IMG/VR virus record: IMGVR_UViG_3300009152_000041
Coordinates: 1,901-65,900 of that record
Source: a virus
Strand: one strand, 5' to 3'
DNA length: 64,000 bases
The translations under genes were made by a program, and so were the position numbers. Shown piece by piece: positions 22,473 through 33,800 of this stretch (positions within the stretch are counted from its first letter, which is position 1; each line of letters begins with the position of its first letter). Below the pieces are notes generated by a model. The model did no database searches. It was not told the origin of the DNA and saw only the letters and a list, made by a program, of their open reading frames with translations.

Positions 22473-23633
22473 TTACGCTCCCATTATAACAGAGAATAGG
22501 CTAAGCGTACCAGCAGCCATGTAACTTTTATCATCAGATAGTCTATAATCTTTATTGGGTATATTCCTATTATCTACCTTAATATTACCAACAGTGACAG
22601 ACATGATTAGCTCTGAAGAAAGCTTCATCTGTCTTTCTATTTCTGATATTGAAACTGAGTCACCAATTGTGAGACTGTTTAAATATCTATTTAAGAAAAT
22701 CTTTGATTGATTTTCTACGCTTCTAGCAATTGCTCCCGCTGTTCCCTCTCTTAGGGTCAAGGTAGCTGAAACATCTACTAATTTTTTAGTAGCTATTCTA
22801 AGATTCATATTAATACCAACTGGTTTAACTGCTTTAATTTTTTCGTAAACCAACTGACTCATTATACTTATTCCAGCTTGAGTTTCTGGTATAACAACTA
22901 TATCGCAAGTACCAACACCAAGAGAAGCTTCTCTTATTTTTACATCCCTTACACCTTTAACTGACAAGGCTGCAAACCTAACGGATTCTGCGGTACCTGA
23001 AGAGGAACCTCTAATTCCTGAAACTATTCTTCTTCTATAGTTATCGTCAGATTCAGAGTTAAGACTACTATAAACTTCCTTCGGATTATTACAGTACACT
23101 ACGATACCCGGAGGTGATATGAAATTATGTTTTACCAAGGTATTTCTAGCTGCAGTTACATTGTTGTCTGCAAATTTTGCCTTAACTGACCCATAGGCTC
23201 TTGTGTTGCCAGTTGTTATAACGATATCTGAATTTAGCTCATACTGATATTGGGTTGAAGAAAATGCTGTCGTATCATTATATACGAGCGTTCCCTTTGG
23301 AATGGTTACGGTTGAACTGTGAGTTGTATTTAAATAAAATTCTATATTTCCAGTAACTCTTTCTGGGACTAGTTCAGATGATATCGTTCTACGCTGCACG
23401 TTATATAGGGTGCCTATCATATCTAGGTTGATTCCTGAAGCCGTTGAAAGATTAGATTGCTCTATACTCACCTTTAAAGAGTTATAAAGATCGCTAATTT
23501 CAGAATGAATTGCTTCCGCAAAAGCTCTAGCTATTGATCCAGGAGAGATGGCACTGATTCCTGCGTTTTTTTGCAGGGCGTTAAGAGTAGCTACCAGCAT
23601 TTGCTCTTTACTCTTTATGTTAACTGATACCAC
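22473..23633 (-). CDS. Baseplate J-like (P2 gpJ / T4 gp6 family) wedge protein
   Basis: The N-terminus KEQMLVATLNALQKNAGISAISPGSIARAFAEA... and the overall size are typical of Baseplate_J. It lies immediately downstream of the W/gp25-like gene. Confidence 0.6.
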   Translation of the reverse strand: MVSVNIKSKEQMLVATLNALQKNAGISAISPGSIARAFAEAIHSEISDLYNSLKVSIEQSNLSTASGINLDMIGTLYNVQRRTISSELVPERVTGNIEFYLNTTHSSTVTIPKGTLVYNDTTAFSSTQYQYELNSDIVITTGNTRAYGSVKAKFADNNVTAARNTLVKHNFISPPGIVVYCNNPKEVYSSLNSESDDNYRRRIVSGIRGSSSGTAESVRFAALSVKGVRDVKIREASLGVGTCDIVVIPETQAGISIMSQLVYEKIKAVKPVGINMNLRIATKKLVDVSATLTLREGTAGAIARSVENQSKIFLNRYLNSLTIGDSVSISEIERQMKLSSELIMSVTVGNIKVDNRNIPNKDYRLSDDKSYMAAGTLSLFSVIMGA

Positions 23634-23634
23634 T

Positions 23635-24015
23635 TTAGGCTCCTAAGTCTTGCGTTATGGACAATATCGTAGGTTCATTTAAGTCACCCATTAAATAAAC
23701 ATCAAACCTAATGGAGTCTGCGGAAACCGGTACTGCTTCAATAGTAATTTGTCTGTTTTTAAAAACCCCTTCTCTTTCTAGGGCTGCACGAATTAATCTT
23801 TTGCCGAAGTCACCAGTTTGAGGGTTTTGAGGCATTCCGTATAACATCGACAGTTGAGTCCCTAGTTGAGGGTAGATGAAGAAGTCACCTGGCTCAGTCA
23901 TCAACCTCATGTATACATGCTGTATATCTTTTTCTGACATAGATTGGACTAAGCCCAAATCTCCAGATCCATTTACCACTAAATCACCACTAAGGCTGAT
24001 ATAAAAATCAGACAT
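23635..24015 (-). CDS. Baseplate wedge protein, gp25 / GPW-like (126 aa)
   Basis: Size, and the motif HVYMRLMTEPGDFFIYPQLGTQL, which resembles the I-x-x-L-x-T-x-x-GE-x-x-x-x-P-x-fG pattern of the gp25/W family. Position between the V-like and J-like genes supports it. Confidence 0.55.
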   Translation of the reverse strand: MSDFYISLSGDLVVNGSGDLGLVQSMSEKDIQHVYMRLMTEPGDFFIYPQLGTQLSMLYGMPQNPQTGDFGKRLIRAALEREGVFKNRQITIEAVPVSADSIRFDVYLMGDLNEPTILSITQDLGA

Positions 24016-24712
24016 TATTGTCTCCTATGCTTTCTTTAACAATATCTAACGCCTGGTTTATCGAACGTCCATTAGACATTAGGTCTCTTATTCTATTTAT
24101 TAAATTAGCCTTTGACATACTCTCTGCATTAAACAACGCAGAAGAGTTCCTATCCCAAAAAGAATCTAATTTAATAATATCTTCTTTTGTAAAATCATTA
24201 TCTAATGAAGAATTTTCCAATACATCCACCGAGACAACATCAGTGTTAGTGGTTTCTCTATAGGCGTAGCTGCCGTTAATAGTAACTGTCTGTTGTGAAT
24301 CTTCTTGGTCTATTAAATCTAAATTCTTTATGTAATGATCCATATTTAAAAAAGCTGGATTATAAGATTTATCATTTGCGCTGACAAATGCTGGCTCGGA
24401 AAACACAGTTGCCGAATGATTAAACTCCATAGAGTTCCATTTTAAACCATCTTCTTTTGTAAAAAACTTAATATTATCCGCAAAAAGAGAAATGGTTTTT
24501 GTTGATCCATTTATGACTATACCTACTCCAGGCGCTGAAAATATTTCTATATCACCAGAATCCGTTAGTCTTATAAAAGATGAATTATCCGGATGAGTAA
24601 GTCCTACTTCTCTTTGGGAAAAGTTTTTTCTCCTACTTAATTCATCTAACTCAGAAGCGGTCTTGCCAGCTACTGATTCAAAAGACTTTTGTGCATGAAT
24701 TTTTTCTGACAT
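24008..24712 (-). CDS. Hypothetical baseplate-module protein (~234 aa)
   Basis: The ORF-track start is a GTG (24736). The ATG at 24712, one nt after the upstream TAA (TAA A ATG), is the more likely start. Confidence 0.5.
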   Translation of the reverse strand: MSEKIHAQKSFESVAGKTASELDELSRRKNFSQREVGLTHPDNSSFIRLTDSGDIEIFSAPGVGIVINGSTKTISLFADNIKFFTKEDGLKWNSMEFNHSATVFSEPAFVSANDKSYNPAFLNMDHYIKNLDLIDQEDSQQTVTINGSYAYRETTNTDVVSVDVLENSSLDNDFTKEDIIKLDSFWDRNSSALFNAESMSKANLINRIRDLMSNGRSINQALDIVKESIGDNNV

Positions 24713-24713
24713 T

Positions 24714-25076
24714 TTAAACCATAAACTTTGGTACACCAGTGTCTACACTGTAGTTGGGCATATATCTTCCTACGCTATTTGTATCGTCTATATATGATAC
24801 TATATGTGGAAATCTTTCATTGGCATCCGCGAAACCAACTATACATCTCGTGCCTGCTGTTGGTGCAACGCTTTGTACGCCAAGGGTAGATGGACATGGA
24901 ACGCTTCTTAATATGTTGCCAACTTGATTTGTCATCCTATCGTCTAGGATAATTACAGCTGTATTGGTCATTTTATTATATGACATAATAGTTCCAGATC
25001 TTGTTTTAGATTGCTGAAGCTGATTATTGCTAATGTGTGAATTTAATTTTTCATCAAACTTTGGATACTGTTTCAT
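24714..25076 (-). CDS. Baseplate spike or hub protein, gpV / gp5 OB-fold-like (120 aa)
   Basis: ...TAVIILDDRMTNQVGNILRSVPC...PTAGTRCIVGFADANERFPHIVSYID resembles the Phage_base_V pattern P-x-vGd-x-V-x-v-x-F-x-x-gd-x-x-x-P-x-i. It follows the hub-associated lysin. Confidence 0.45.
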   Translation of the reverse strand: MKQYPKFDEKLNSHISNNQLQQSKTRSGTIMSYNKMTNTAVIILDDRMTNQVGNILRSVPCPSTLGVQSVAPTAGTRCIVGFADANERFPHIVSYIDDTNSVGRYMPNYSVDTGVPKFMV

Positions 25077-25087
25077 ATGTTATCCCC

Positions 25088-27842
25088 TTATGCGCTCCAC
25101 GCAGATGATGTTCCAGCATACTCATACTTACTTCCTGGGAAGGTTGTTGAATTTATATTTCTTGGTCTTATTCTTTCTGAACCTTGACTCTCATCGTGCT
25201 GGTCAACATATTGACCGTTTCCCACTGAAATCCCTACGTGGCCATAGCCATCGGCCCCACCCTTCCAAAACACCAAATAACCAGCTGGTGGGTTCTTTCC
25301 AAATTCGGTGTTTGGTCCATAGAATGAGGAGCTAGATATAAGATTAGACAGGTGTTCTCCTGCTGTTGGGAATGAGCTAAGACTAGGTGTGGGCACGGTA
25401 TATTCAGGTGCGTTGCCGGCAGTTCCCCACTCATCTGTAAACAGTGCAGTTTGGGCTGTACCAAATAATCCTAAAGCTGCTGAGAGAACTCTGGCAAATC
25501 TATCACAGCCAAAATTAGGGGGATCCAAAAGATCTGGACGGTACTTAGTCAACCATTGAGGAATTTTGTTAGTACTAATCCAATCTGCGGCTTCTTCGAT
25601 TTGGTACTTAGTGAAAGATGCGGGAGACCCATCTCCACCAGCACCTTGTTTTTCAACTACGTCAACGTTATAGGTGATAACTCCACTATCGCCTTCGTTT
25701 ATCAATGAACCATCTTTAGCATGATCATAGAATACCGTACCGTCCATCCACTGTTCTATGTAATTTATTGTTCTTTTATTACTCTTTTTGAAGTTTACTC
25801 TAACCCAATCCTCTAGCGTTTCTATGGGTTTTCCTGTTGTTAAATATACGTTAACAGCATTTTGAAATTTTGTTCCGAATATAAATCCACAATCAGATCT
25901 TGGTGTACCATCTGAATTATTATAATCTCCCCAATGGAAAAAACCGTTAGATCCATCTATCTTATTTACGTTTTTGAAATCTGATCTACCCCACTTATCC
26001 ATCAGCATCCAAACTTGATTAATCGGAAACCACAACCTATCATCGGTAGTAGACTTTGAAGCCTCTTTATTGGTGGTTGTAGTATAAATATCTACTAATT
26101 TTTTTGCTACTGCATTAGGATCCCAGGAAGAGGCTTCAGTAGCAGAGTACATTAACCTATGGGCTTTAACTAATTGCTTTGTTGCAGCAGAACCATCGTA
26201 ATAAATTGGCACGTTGCTTGATGTGTTAGTTGACCTCGTAATTAAGGAAATTAAATTATACTGAAACATTCCAATTGAAACGTCACCACCCCAACTTGTT
26301 TTACTGTCACTGCATTTGCCGTTATAACCCGCTGGACTAGCTCCACTCTCTCTTCCCGCTACAGCGCAAAAAATTGCTGCTGCCTCATCAGAGAATGGAC
26401 CTTCTTGGGAAAGCATTATGAATAGCTCGTAAGGAGTTATTGGTGGACCACCATTTTTGTAATTTTTATAGGCTTTTTCTTTTGCTGATGCCCCACTTGC
26501 TGAATCATCTACTGGGTTTCCATTTTCATCAAACTTTTGAGCTGAAGCATCAGAGGTTGTCCAGCCGCCAGAACCAATATATTTACCACCTCTTTGTGGA
26601 CTGAAACTAATGTGTATATTTTCTGTGTGTTCTGGACCAAATTCAAAGTTAACATATTTTAGATTTGGATATTGTGTTTTGATTGCAGTATCAACTGACT
26701 CAAAACCTTCTCCAATTCCTTTATCCTTTGCAACGTCTGGATCAATTACTATAAGATCTGGCATTAGCGGTTGTGGCATTGTGTTTAACTTTTGCAAAAC
26801 AATATCTAAGGCAACTGCGTATCTCTCTTTACCTCTTATTACGCCATAATCACCAACTGATCTAATATCAAATGCTCTTCCAAAAACATGATCAGAAATA
26901 GAGTTCTTAGCATTTTTGTCAATTCCACTTTCTGGATTTGAATGCCTACTCGTCTTATCGCTTTCTGACAACACTGCTCTATTAAGAGCAAATGTTCCAT
27001 TTATTTTAACGCCTTTATTTACATCTGTCATCATTAATAAACATTCTATTAGAGAAGCGCTAATAAATGCTTTTTTCTTAGGAGAACTTATTAACGATGA
27101 TTCAACCGATAACTCAGTTGAGTCAACATTATAATATGAATTTGTTTGCACGAAAGAATAGGAAGATAGAACATCTGGTATGTCAAAATCAAACCCAATT
27201 GTTAAAGCTGGCTCATTAATAGATTGCTTAAGTAATGTTCCTCTGTCTATATAGATTTGCTTCTCTTCTTCACTTAATTCTTCTTCTGCTGCAATAGCTC
27301 TTTCTCCTAAGCCTGGAGCTTCACTATCTATTGTATAGGCGGTGCTATTGTGTGTGAATAGTGCTCCAGTGGAATCTCCAACTTTAGACTTATCATTTCC
27401 TGGCCATTTTCCATTTGTTGACTCCAGTAAAGGGTTTAGAACTGACGTTGGTGCAAAACCAGTTCCAACTAAAGACTGAGAAACTACTTTCAAGTATGCT
27501 TGGTCACCTTTTAATACATCAACATCTCCCGGTCCTTGATAATCTGGATTAGCTATCTGGAATGCATCACCAGACTGAATTCCCGTTGCAAGAATGGAAT
27601 GAAGGGATGATCTAACGAACCTAGACGATGCGTCTGCTAATGCTGCAGGATTTCTAGTTAATGCTCCGTCCAGCCATTATGTCTGTTAAATTTCTAGATG
27701 TTAATGTCTGATTTGCGTACTTTTCTTTTGAAGCTGAAGTATGTAAGCTATTCGCTCCATCGGGATTATAGCCTTCCGACAACTTTGATATAAAAGCAGC
27801 AGAATCATTAAAGTCATTTAGATTAAAATTAAAATCAGACAT
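25088..27842 (-). CDS. Virion-associated multi-domain peptidoglycan hydrolase (M15-type peptidase, SLT-like transglycosylase, CHAP/NlpC-P60). Proposed ~917-aa product from ORFs 27654..27842 and 25088..27493 joined by a +1 shift at CGG_A (27668-27665).
   Basis: Domain motifs: SDHVFGRAFDI matches the M15 S-x-H-x-x-G-x-A-x-D motif; GRESG...SIGMFQYN matches the SLT E-S...GLMQ motif; FGCDRFARVL...YGHVGISVGNGQYVDQ gives the CHAP Cys and His. The 801-aa frame is open for 61 codons upstream of its TTG with no ATG, GTG or TTG. It is the +1 frame of ...GCT GGA CGG AGC ATT AAC TAG. Confidence 0.7.
27665..27668 (-). other. Candidate +1 recoding site GGA CGG A
   Basis: In-frame CGG (codon 59 of the 62-aa ORF), 3 codons before its TAG. 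The +1 frame continues into the lysin ORF. Confidence 0.6.
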
Positions 27843-27844
27843 TA

Positions 27845-30800
27845 TTACAATCCACCCTTTTGTTCAACAAGACTAGGCATTGGTATAGATCTATCTAAGC
27901 CGCCAGTAGATGCTCTCTCTCTTAATAGGTCTACGGTGTAGACTTGAGCTAAGTTATTTGTTACTAGTTCCCAGTTAAGAGTTGCTGGTACTCCGTCATT
28001 ATAGTACTCATCCCAAGAAATATATGGCCATTCTGAAGCTTTTGAATAAAGAACTTCTAATATTTTAAAGTTAACTAAATCATTAAACAATTTTCTTTCA
28101 TCATTAGTTATAGTTAATAATGGGTCCGTTTCTCCAGTAATTTCAAAATGATTTTCCATACCAGAAGTATATATTGAGTTATATATTTCATCAAACTTTT
28201 GACCAAATACTGATTCTTGATAAAGATTTTTTTTGAATTTTTCTTTTTTCTGTATAATATTTAAGCCAAGATTTTGCACAAAGAAAGATCTTACTATAGA
28301 AATATTTGTTTCTTTATCCTCATCGAGGATCCTGTAAAATACGGTTCCTAAAGATTTTTCTCTTTCTTGGTCTCCATAATTAACACCCTTAAAATAACTA
28401 TTTGTATTATTAATTCTTGAACCAGGCGACAAGTCATCTTCTGTGTAAATAGAAACTGAAGATTGATCATTTGGAGAAATTCTAATAACAAAAGGCTTAT
28501 CTCTGAGTCTTTCACTTACGAAAATTGCTGCTCTTCCACCTGGTGAATTAACGTTTATTGCAGTCGTTGGATCATCTGGTTTATACCCAGCTTGTATAGA
28601 AGTATTTGTGTAGGCTTGAAAAGTGCCAAGACTTGAAGCTATTATTCCCTCTAGTCTGACCTTAAAAGGTTGACCAGTTGGATTCATCAAATCTATAACT
28701 TCTATCTCATCACCATCTATAACATTGTTTAATTTGCATATCACTTTAAAGTATTGATTTAACCCAGTTTTATCTGGACCAGTTCCAGAATATTTTAATA
28801 CCTCAGCGTTAACTAATGCATTTTCGTAACTCACATATCTTACTAGGTCGGTTATTTCTTTTTCTTTCCAACCTAAACTCTTAAGTAAGTCGTCATTTCT
28901 AATAAATGCATTGCCGTCAACGGTTCTAACCTTGCTCTTTACTCCTAAGATTCCAGGAAGAAGTCTCTTTGTATGATATCTACCAACAACCATTCCTTGA
29001 TTTATTGCAAGACTAGCATCCATCGGTTGACCGTTTTTATTCAGGTAAGATATATAACAACCATGTTGATCTAAAACGTTATCCCTTACCCACTTCCAGC
29101 CCTTCCAAAATAAATCAGATGCTATTCCAGCACCAATTCCAGCACCAATTGGTCCACCAAGAAGTGCCCCAGCTGTTGCGGTTAAGCCAACGGTAGTCAA
29201 GTAAGTTGCTGCAATTCCAGTTAAGCTCATTCCATTTTCAGAGTTTTGCTTCATCTGATTCTCTATTTGAGATTGAGCGTCTGTTAATCCTTCGGCCGCA
29301 AAGTTTGCCATTATGTCAGACATGAGTGCGCTTGATCCATGAGTAAACTGTACGCCACCCATCATTTGTGACCTTAGCGCCTCTGACATTCCATCAACGG
29401 AGATATTTCCACCAGACAAGATTCCAGTACTTCCAGCTTGCACTGAGTTAATTAAACTTCTTGTATCATTTCTTATATTCTGAATTGACATCCAAGAGTG
29501 AATCCAACTGGACATAAACCATCTAGCTGGATCATTTACGGTTACAAGAGCGTTAGGCGTAATAGAAGTGATGAATCCCATATTTGGGGTAAAGTGATGA
29601 ACCACTTGTTCAACTTCAAAAATTCCATACATTCTTTCATAGACGTCAGCTAGATAAACTAAGTCATGAGGTCTTATGTCTGGACTTCCTATTACAATTA
29701 ACTCTCCAGAATAAATATCTTTTAAAGATTCTTTAAGGTGAGCTAAGGCAACTCTTCTTGCCATTAGTTCATCTGGCGCACCTTGAGATAGTTTTATTGC
29801 TCCTCTTGCAAATTCTATTGGATGGAACAACGGTTGAGCAATTCCGAATAAACCTTCGCCAGCTATATTGTCAAAAAATAAACCAGTCTCTACAGTTTTT
29901 TCAACCTGTCTTTCTGCTGGAATGCTCTTATCCAAAGCTACTGTTACTGGATACTTTCCTTCAGATACAGCGGTTACTTGAGTTGCTACGTTAGTTGTAG
30001 TCTCTTGTATATTATTGGCTATGATAGTTGAAAATGAACTTAAGTAATGTATTTTTTGAAATGGCTCACGTACTTCAACTACTGGTTCACCATACTCTCT
30101 AGTAAATGGATTGTCAATGGCCCTTAGAAGTGATCCAGGTCTTCCTAATGAGTAGTAAATAGAATCGTTTAATACTTTATTCATAATGTTTGCTTGCTTA
30201 GAGAAGTTGTCTATATTAGACAAACCATATCCCATCTGAAGCATCGACATTCTAAACATGTTCATTAGACCTGATAGGCCATCGCTTAGTGCCGTAAACA
30301 ATGGCCCAATATTTTGATCCCAGAATTTATCAATATTATGAGTTAGTACACCAACTACGTTACCTGCACTATTTCCCTCACCTTTATTGTCTGCTAAAAG
30401 TTTTAAGAACTTTCTTTTATTTGATGCGTAGTCTTGATTTGGATCAATAAATGCAGCAAATATTTTATGAACAGGGCTAAAGTCCCACATATCATCACTC
30501 GAATACTGTCTGTTTGGTTTTAGTACCAACCAAGCTCGTGCATATGCGTCCTGCCACATTGCTTGTCTAAACATTCCAACTATTAATAAAAACACTTGCT
30601 TTGGTGTAAAGTTATCTTTAATTATATCATCTGCTTTTGGCTGCCCACCACCAACATCAGCACCAAGTATTAAAGACAAATTAGATTGCGACTGTAAGAA
30701 TAATCCTAATTTTTTATATTTTGTTTTTGTTAAAGCATCGAAATATCTGACCAACCCACCTTCATCAAGAGGTGCATCAACTAAGTTTTTTCTAGCGAAT

Positions 30801-33800
30801 TCTATAGCTTGTTTAACCGTATCAGAACTGACTGATGATGCAACCCCTGTTTCAATCTGCCTCTCCATTGAATCAGCTGTACCAGATGGTTTTCCAGTTC
30901 TTTGATTTGGATTTGCTATAAAATCGCTTCCAAGCAATAAACTGAATTCATCTACTGCCGTACTGTCTGGACCATTAGCACTAAATAATTTAAATATGTC
31001 TGGATTTGCTTTTGGATCTCGTAATATTGCTACTAAGAAATCCGGAAGCGGCGTTGTGTCATCAGGATCCATGCCAAAAGCATCAAAAAATATTTTCTTT
31101 ATTGAGATTTCGTTATGGTAACCAAATCTAAATTGATCCCATATATCATTTGCTTGACTAAGATTTCTTCCATTTCCAGCTATTACATGAGTAGCTGGAC
31201 TAAATCCTTCATCAAAAAACTCTCTAGCTTTTATGGATTCTGGTGCAGCTGGATCATATACAGGAGCAAAACGTTCTCTTCCAGCGCCAGAATCCTCATC
31301 TCCAGTAGTTTTAAGCTCACCATCTAAAACTTCATATAACTTTTCTCTTTCAAGAGCGCTGTACTCTGCCTTTAGTATGTAGTCAAAATAACTATTTTCT
31401 TGGTCTTTACCAGCAAGGATGTTTCCACCTCTAGCGGCTGCTTCAGCAAAATGGCCTTGATCAAGAAGTGTTATTCCACTTACTGGAATATACTCTTGCC
31501 ACTGAGTATTTGTAAAAGCTGTTGGTCTTTCATTTAATAGCTCTAATTGTCTTTCAAGATTATCTGCTGTACCGGATATACCCAGCTTCTGCATACCTGA
31601 TTTATTTGCTTTTTCTGCTATAAGTTTTCCATCACCCTCTGCCGAGAAGGCACCAAAGCCAATGTAGTAATCCATGTCAACATGAGTTTCACCGTTATAG
31701 TTAAACTCATTAGCTGGGTTGTATATTGTTGTTACAACGCCAAGTGGAATACTGTCATCTACAAAAGTAAAGTAGCAGTCTCTTGGCATTGGCACTGGAG
31801 CAAGTCCGGCTTTTGCTAATGCTTGAGCTGATGCGTTGGAAGAAGAATTATCATTACCAGTTTCATCACTTTCTGCTCCAAAGTATTTTTTTTCATTTTC
31901 TGTAAGATGCATCACTCCAAGAAAATATGCCGCGTCTGGGGAAACAACGGCTGCTAAATCTACTTCCTTAAAAGTATCGGCTTTAAAGTTAATAAACTGA
32001 TCATCAGTTCTGTTTCCAGCATCAGATAAATTACCGTCGATTAAGTCAGCTTTATCTGTTCCCCATAAGAAGTATGCTGGCTTACACACAACTGCTGTTC
32101 TAGTTGTTGGACTATAAACTAAAACTTTTCTGTTCTTATAATCTTTTGGTTTACCATAAAATTGATTTACATCTCTATCTGAGAAATATTTATCTTTAAA
32201 CTTTTTAAATATTTCATCATCTTTATCTTCAATTATTTCATATGGCCATCTCATAGCTATGTAGAATTGCTCATCAAGAGCGCTAACTGGAGATCCCCAA
32301 TCTCTGTAACTAAATGGACTTCCAGAAGTAATTCTATTTTGATTAATATACTCGTACTCCCAAGATCCCTCAAGAGAATCCAATCCTCTAGTTTGCTCTT
32401 TCAAGGAAGGCAGTGGCATTCTTATTAACGACTTACTTCCTGCTACTCCACTTGTGTTTAAGTCAAATATAAATTTATCATTACCAAATGTATTGATTGG
32501 ATTAACTGCAGCAGTAAATGATACTCCTGCAAGATTTATAGCAAATTCATCTTCAGAGCCACCTTCACGGTTGTCCGTTAGTGAACCAGCAAGTAGGCCT
32601 GCTTCTGTATCTATTAAGGTTGTATATAGAGTATCGTGACCTAACTTTTCAAAATCTTTGTCACCATCATGTATGGTTCCAGTCTTGAGTCTTTCATCAC
32701 CTTCTCCTGACTTATTGCTACTTAATGCGTAGAATGCGTAGTCTAATAAAACTGCTCCAGCAACCCTGTCTGTGAAAAATGGAAAAGAAAACCTAAGCGG
32801 CATTTGGGGTATTTCTTTGTGTATACCTTTTATTTTTTCAATATCTAACTCAGATGCTTGTCCACTGGAATCTATCGGCAAGTGAAAACCAACCGTTACG
32901 TAACCTTTATTCTTTGGTATTTCCGATATAATATCATTGAATAATTGTTCTTTTGTTGTTTTATTGTTTCCGTAGTACGCAGTTCTAAAAGGATCCAAGA
33001 AGTTAATTACTTTACCTCTTAGTATCCCAGCAGGTGCATATATGTCTGAGTATGATGATTGTTGTCTAACTATTTCAGAAATAGATATTGCTGGATTTTG
33101 TGCCTGCCTCATTGCTTCGTAATCAGCAGTAGAATTTGATTGCTTGTTAACCTTTGTCAAGAGATCCATTAATTCTGAATCTGGAGTTCTATAACTTGGA
33201 GTCTTTAATCCTAGTTCTACAGCTCTTTTTTCAGAAGGAAAACCAGTAGTGATTGGAACTACTGCTGAAGTGTACAACCAGTGTGGCTTACCATAGAATA
33301 CGGTTGATCTGTCTTCAAACGGTCTTACGGCAACGATGTAGTTTGGAAGTAGTCTTGCGCACATTTGGAAAAGATCCCAAACAGATTTCATATATGTTTG
33401 CGCTCTAAATGAAACTTCATCAAAGCCTGGCATGTCGTCATCAAGATCACTAATTAGTCCAAACGTTTTCCAAATGTTTACACCGCCTCTACCAGTTAAG
33501 CTTCCAAGCAAAGATGCTCCTCCACCAACTGCCATAGCTCCACCTATGACTGGAAGCGCAATACCACCTGTACCAATAGCTAATGCGGCTCCTGCTGCCA
33601 ACAGTCCTCCACCAGGCACTGCTGCTGCGGTTCCGCCACTAGCTCTTGCTTCCATTCCCTGTGTTAGATTATCTATTGCAGCTGAGGCATTTTCTGATCC
33701 TCCATCATATCTTTGAAGTAAATTATTCCATGAAGAATCTGTAAGTCTATTTAGATATTCCAATCTTGGATTTGGCATGTCTTCGGGAGTTAAAGATGCT

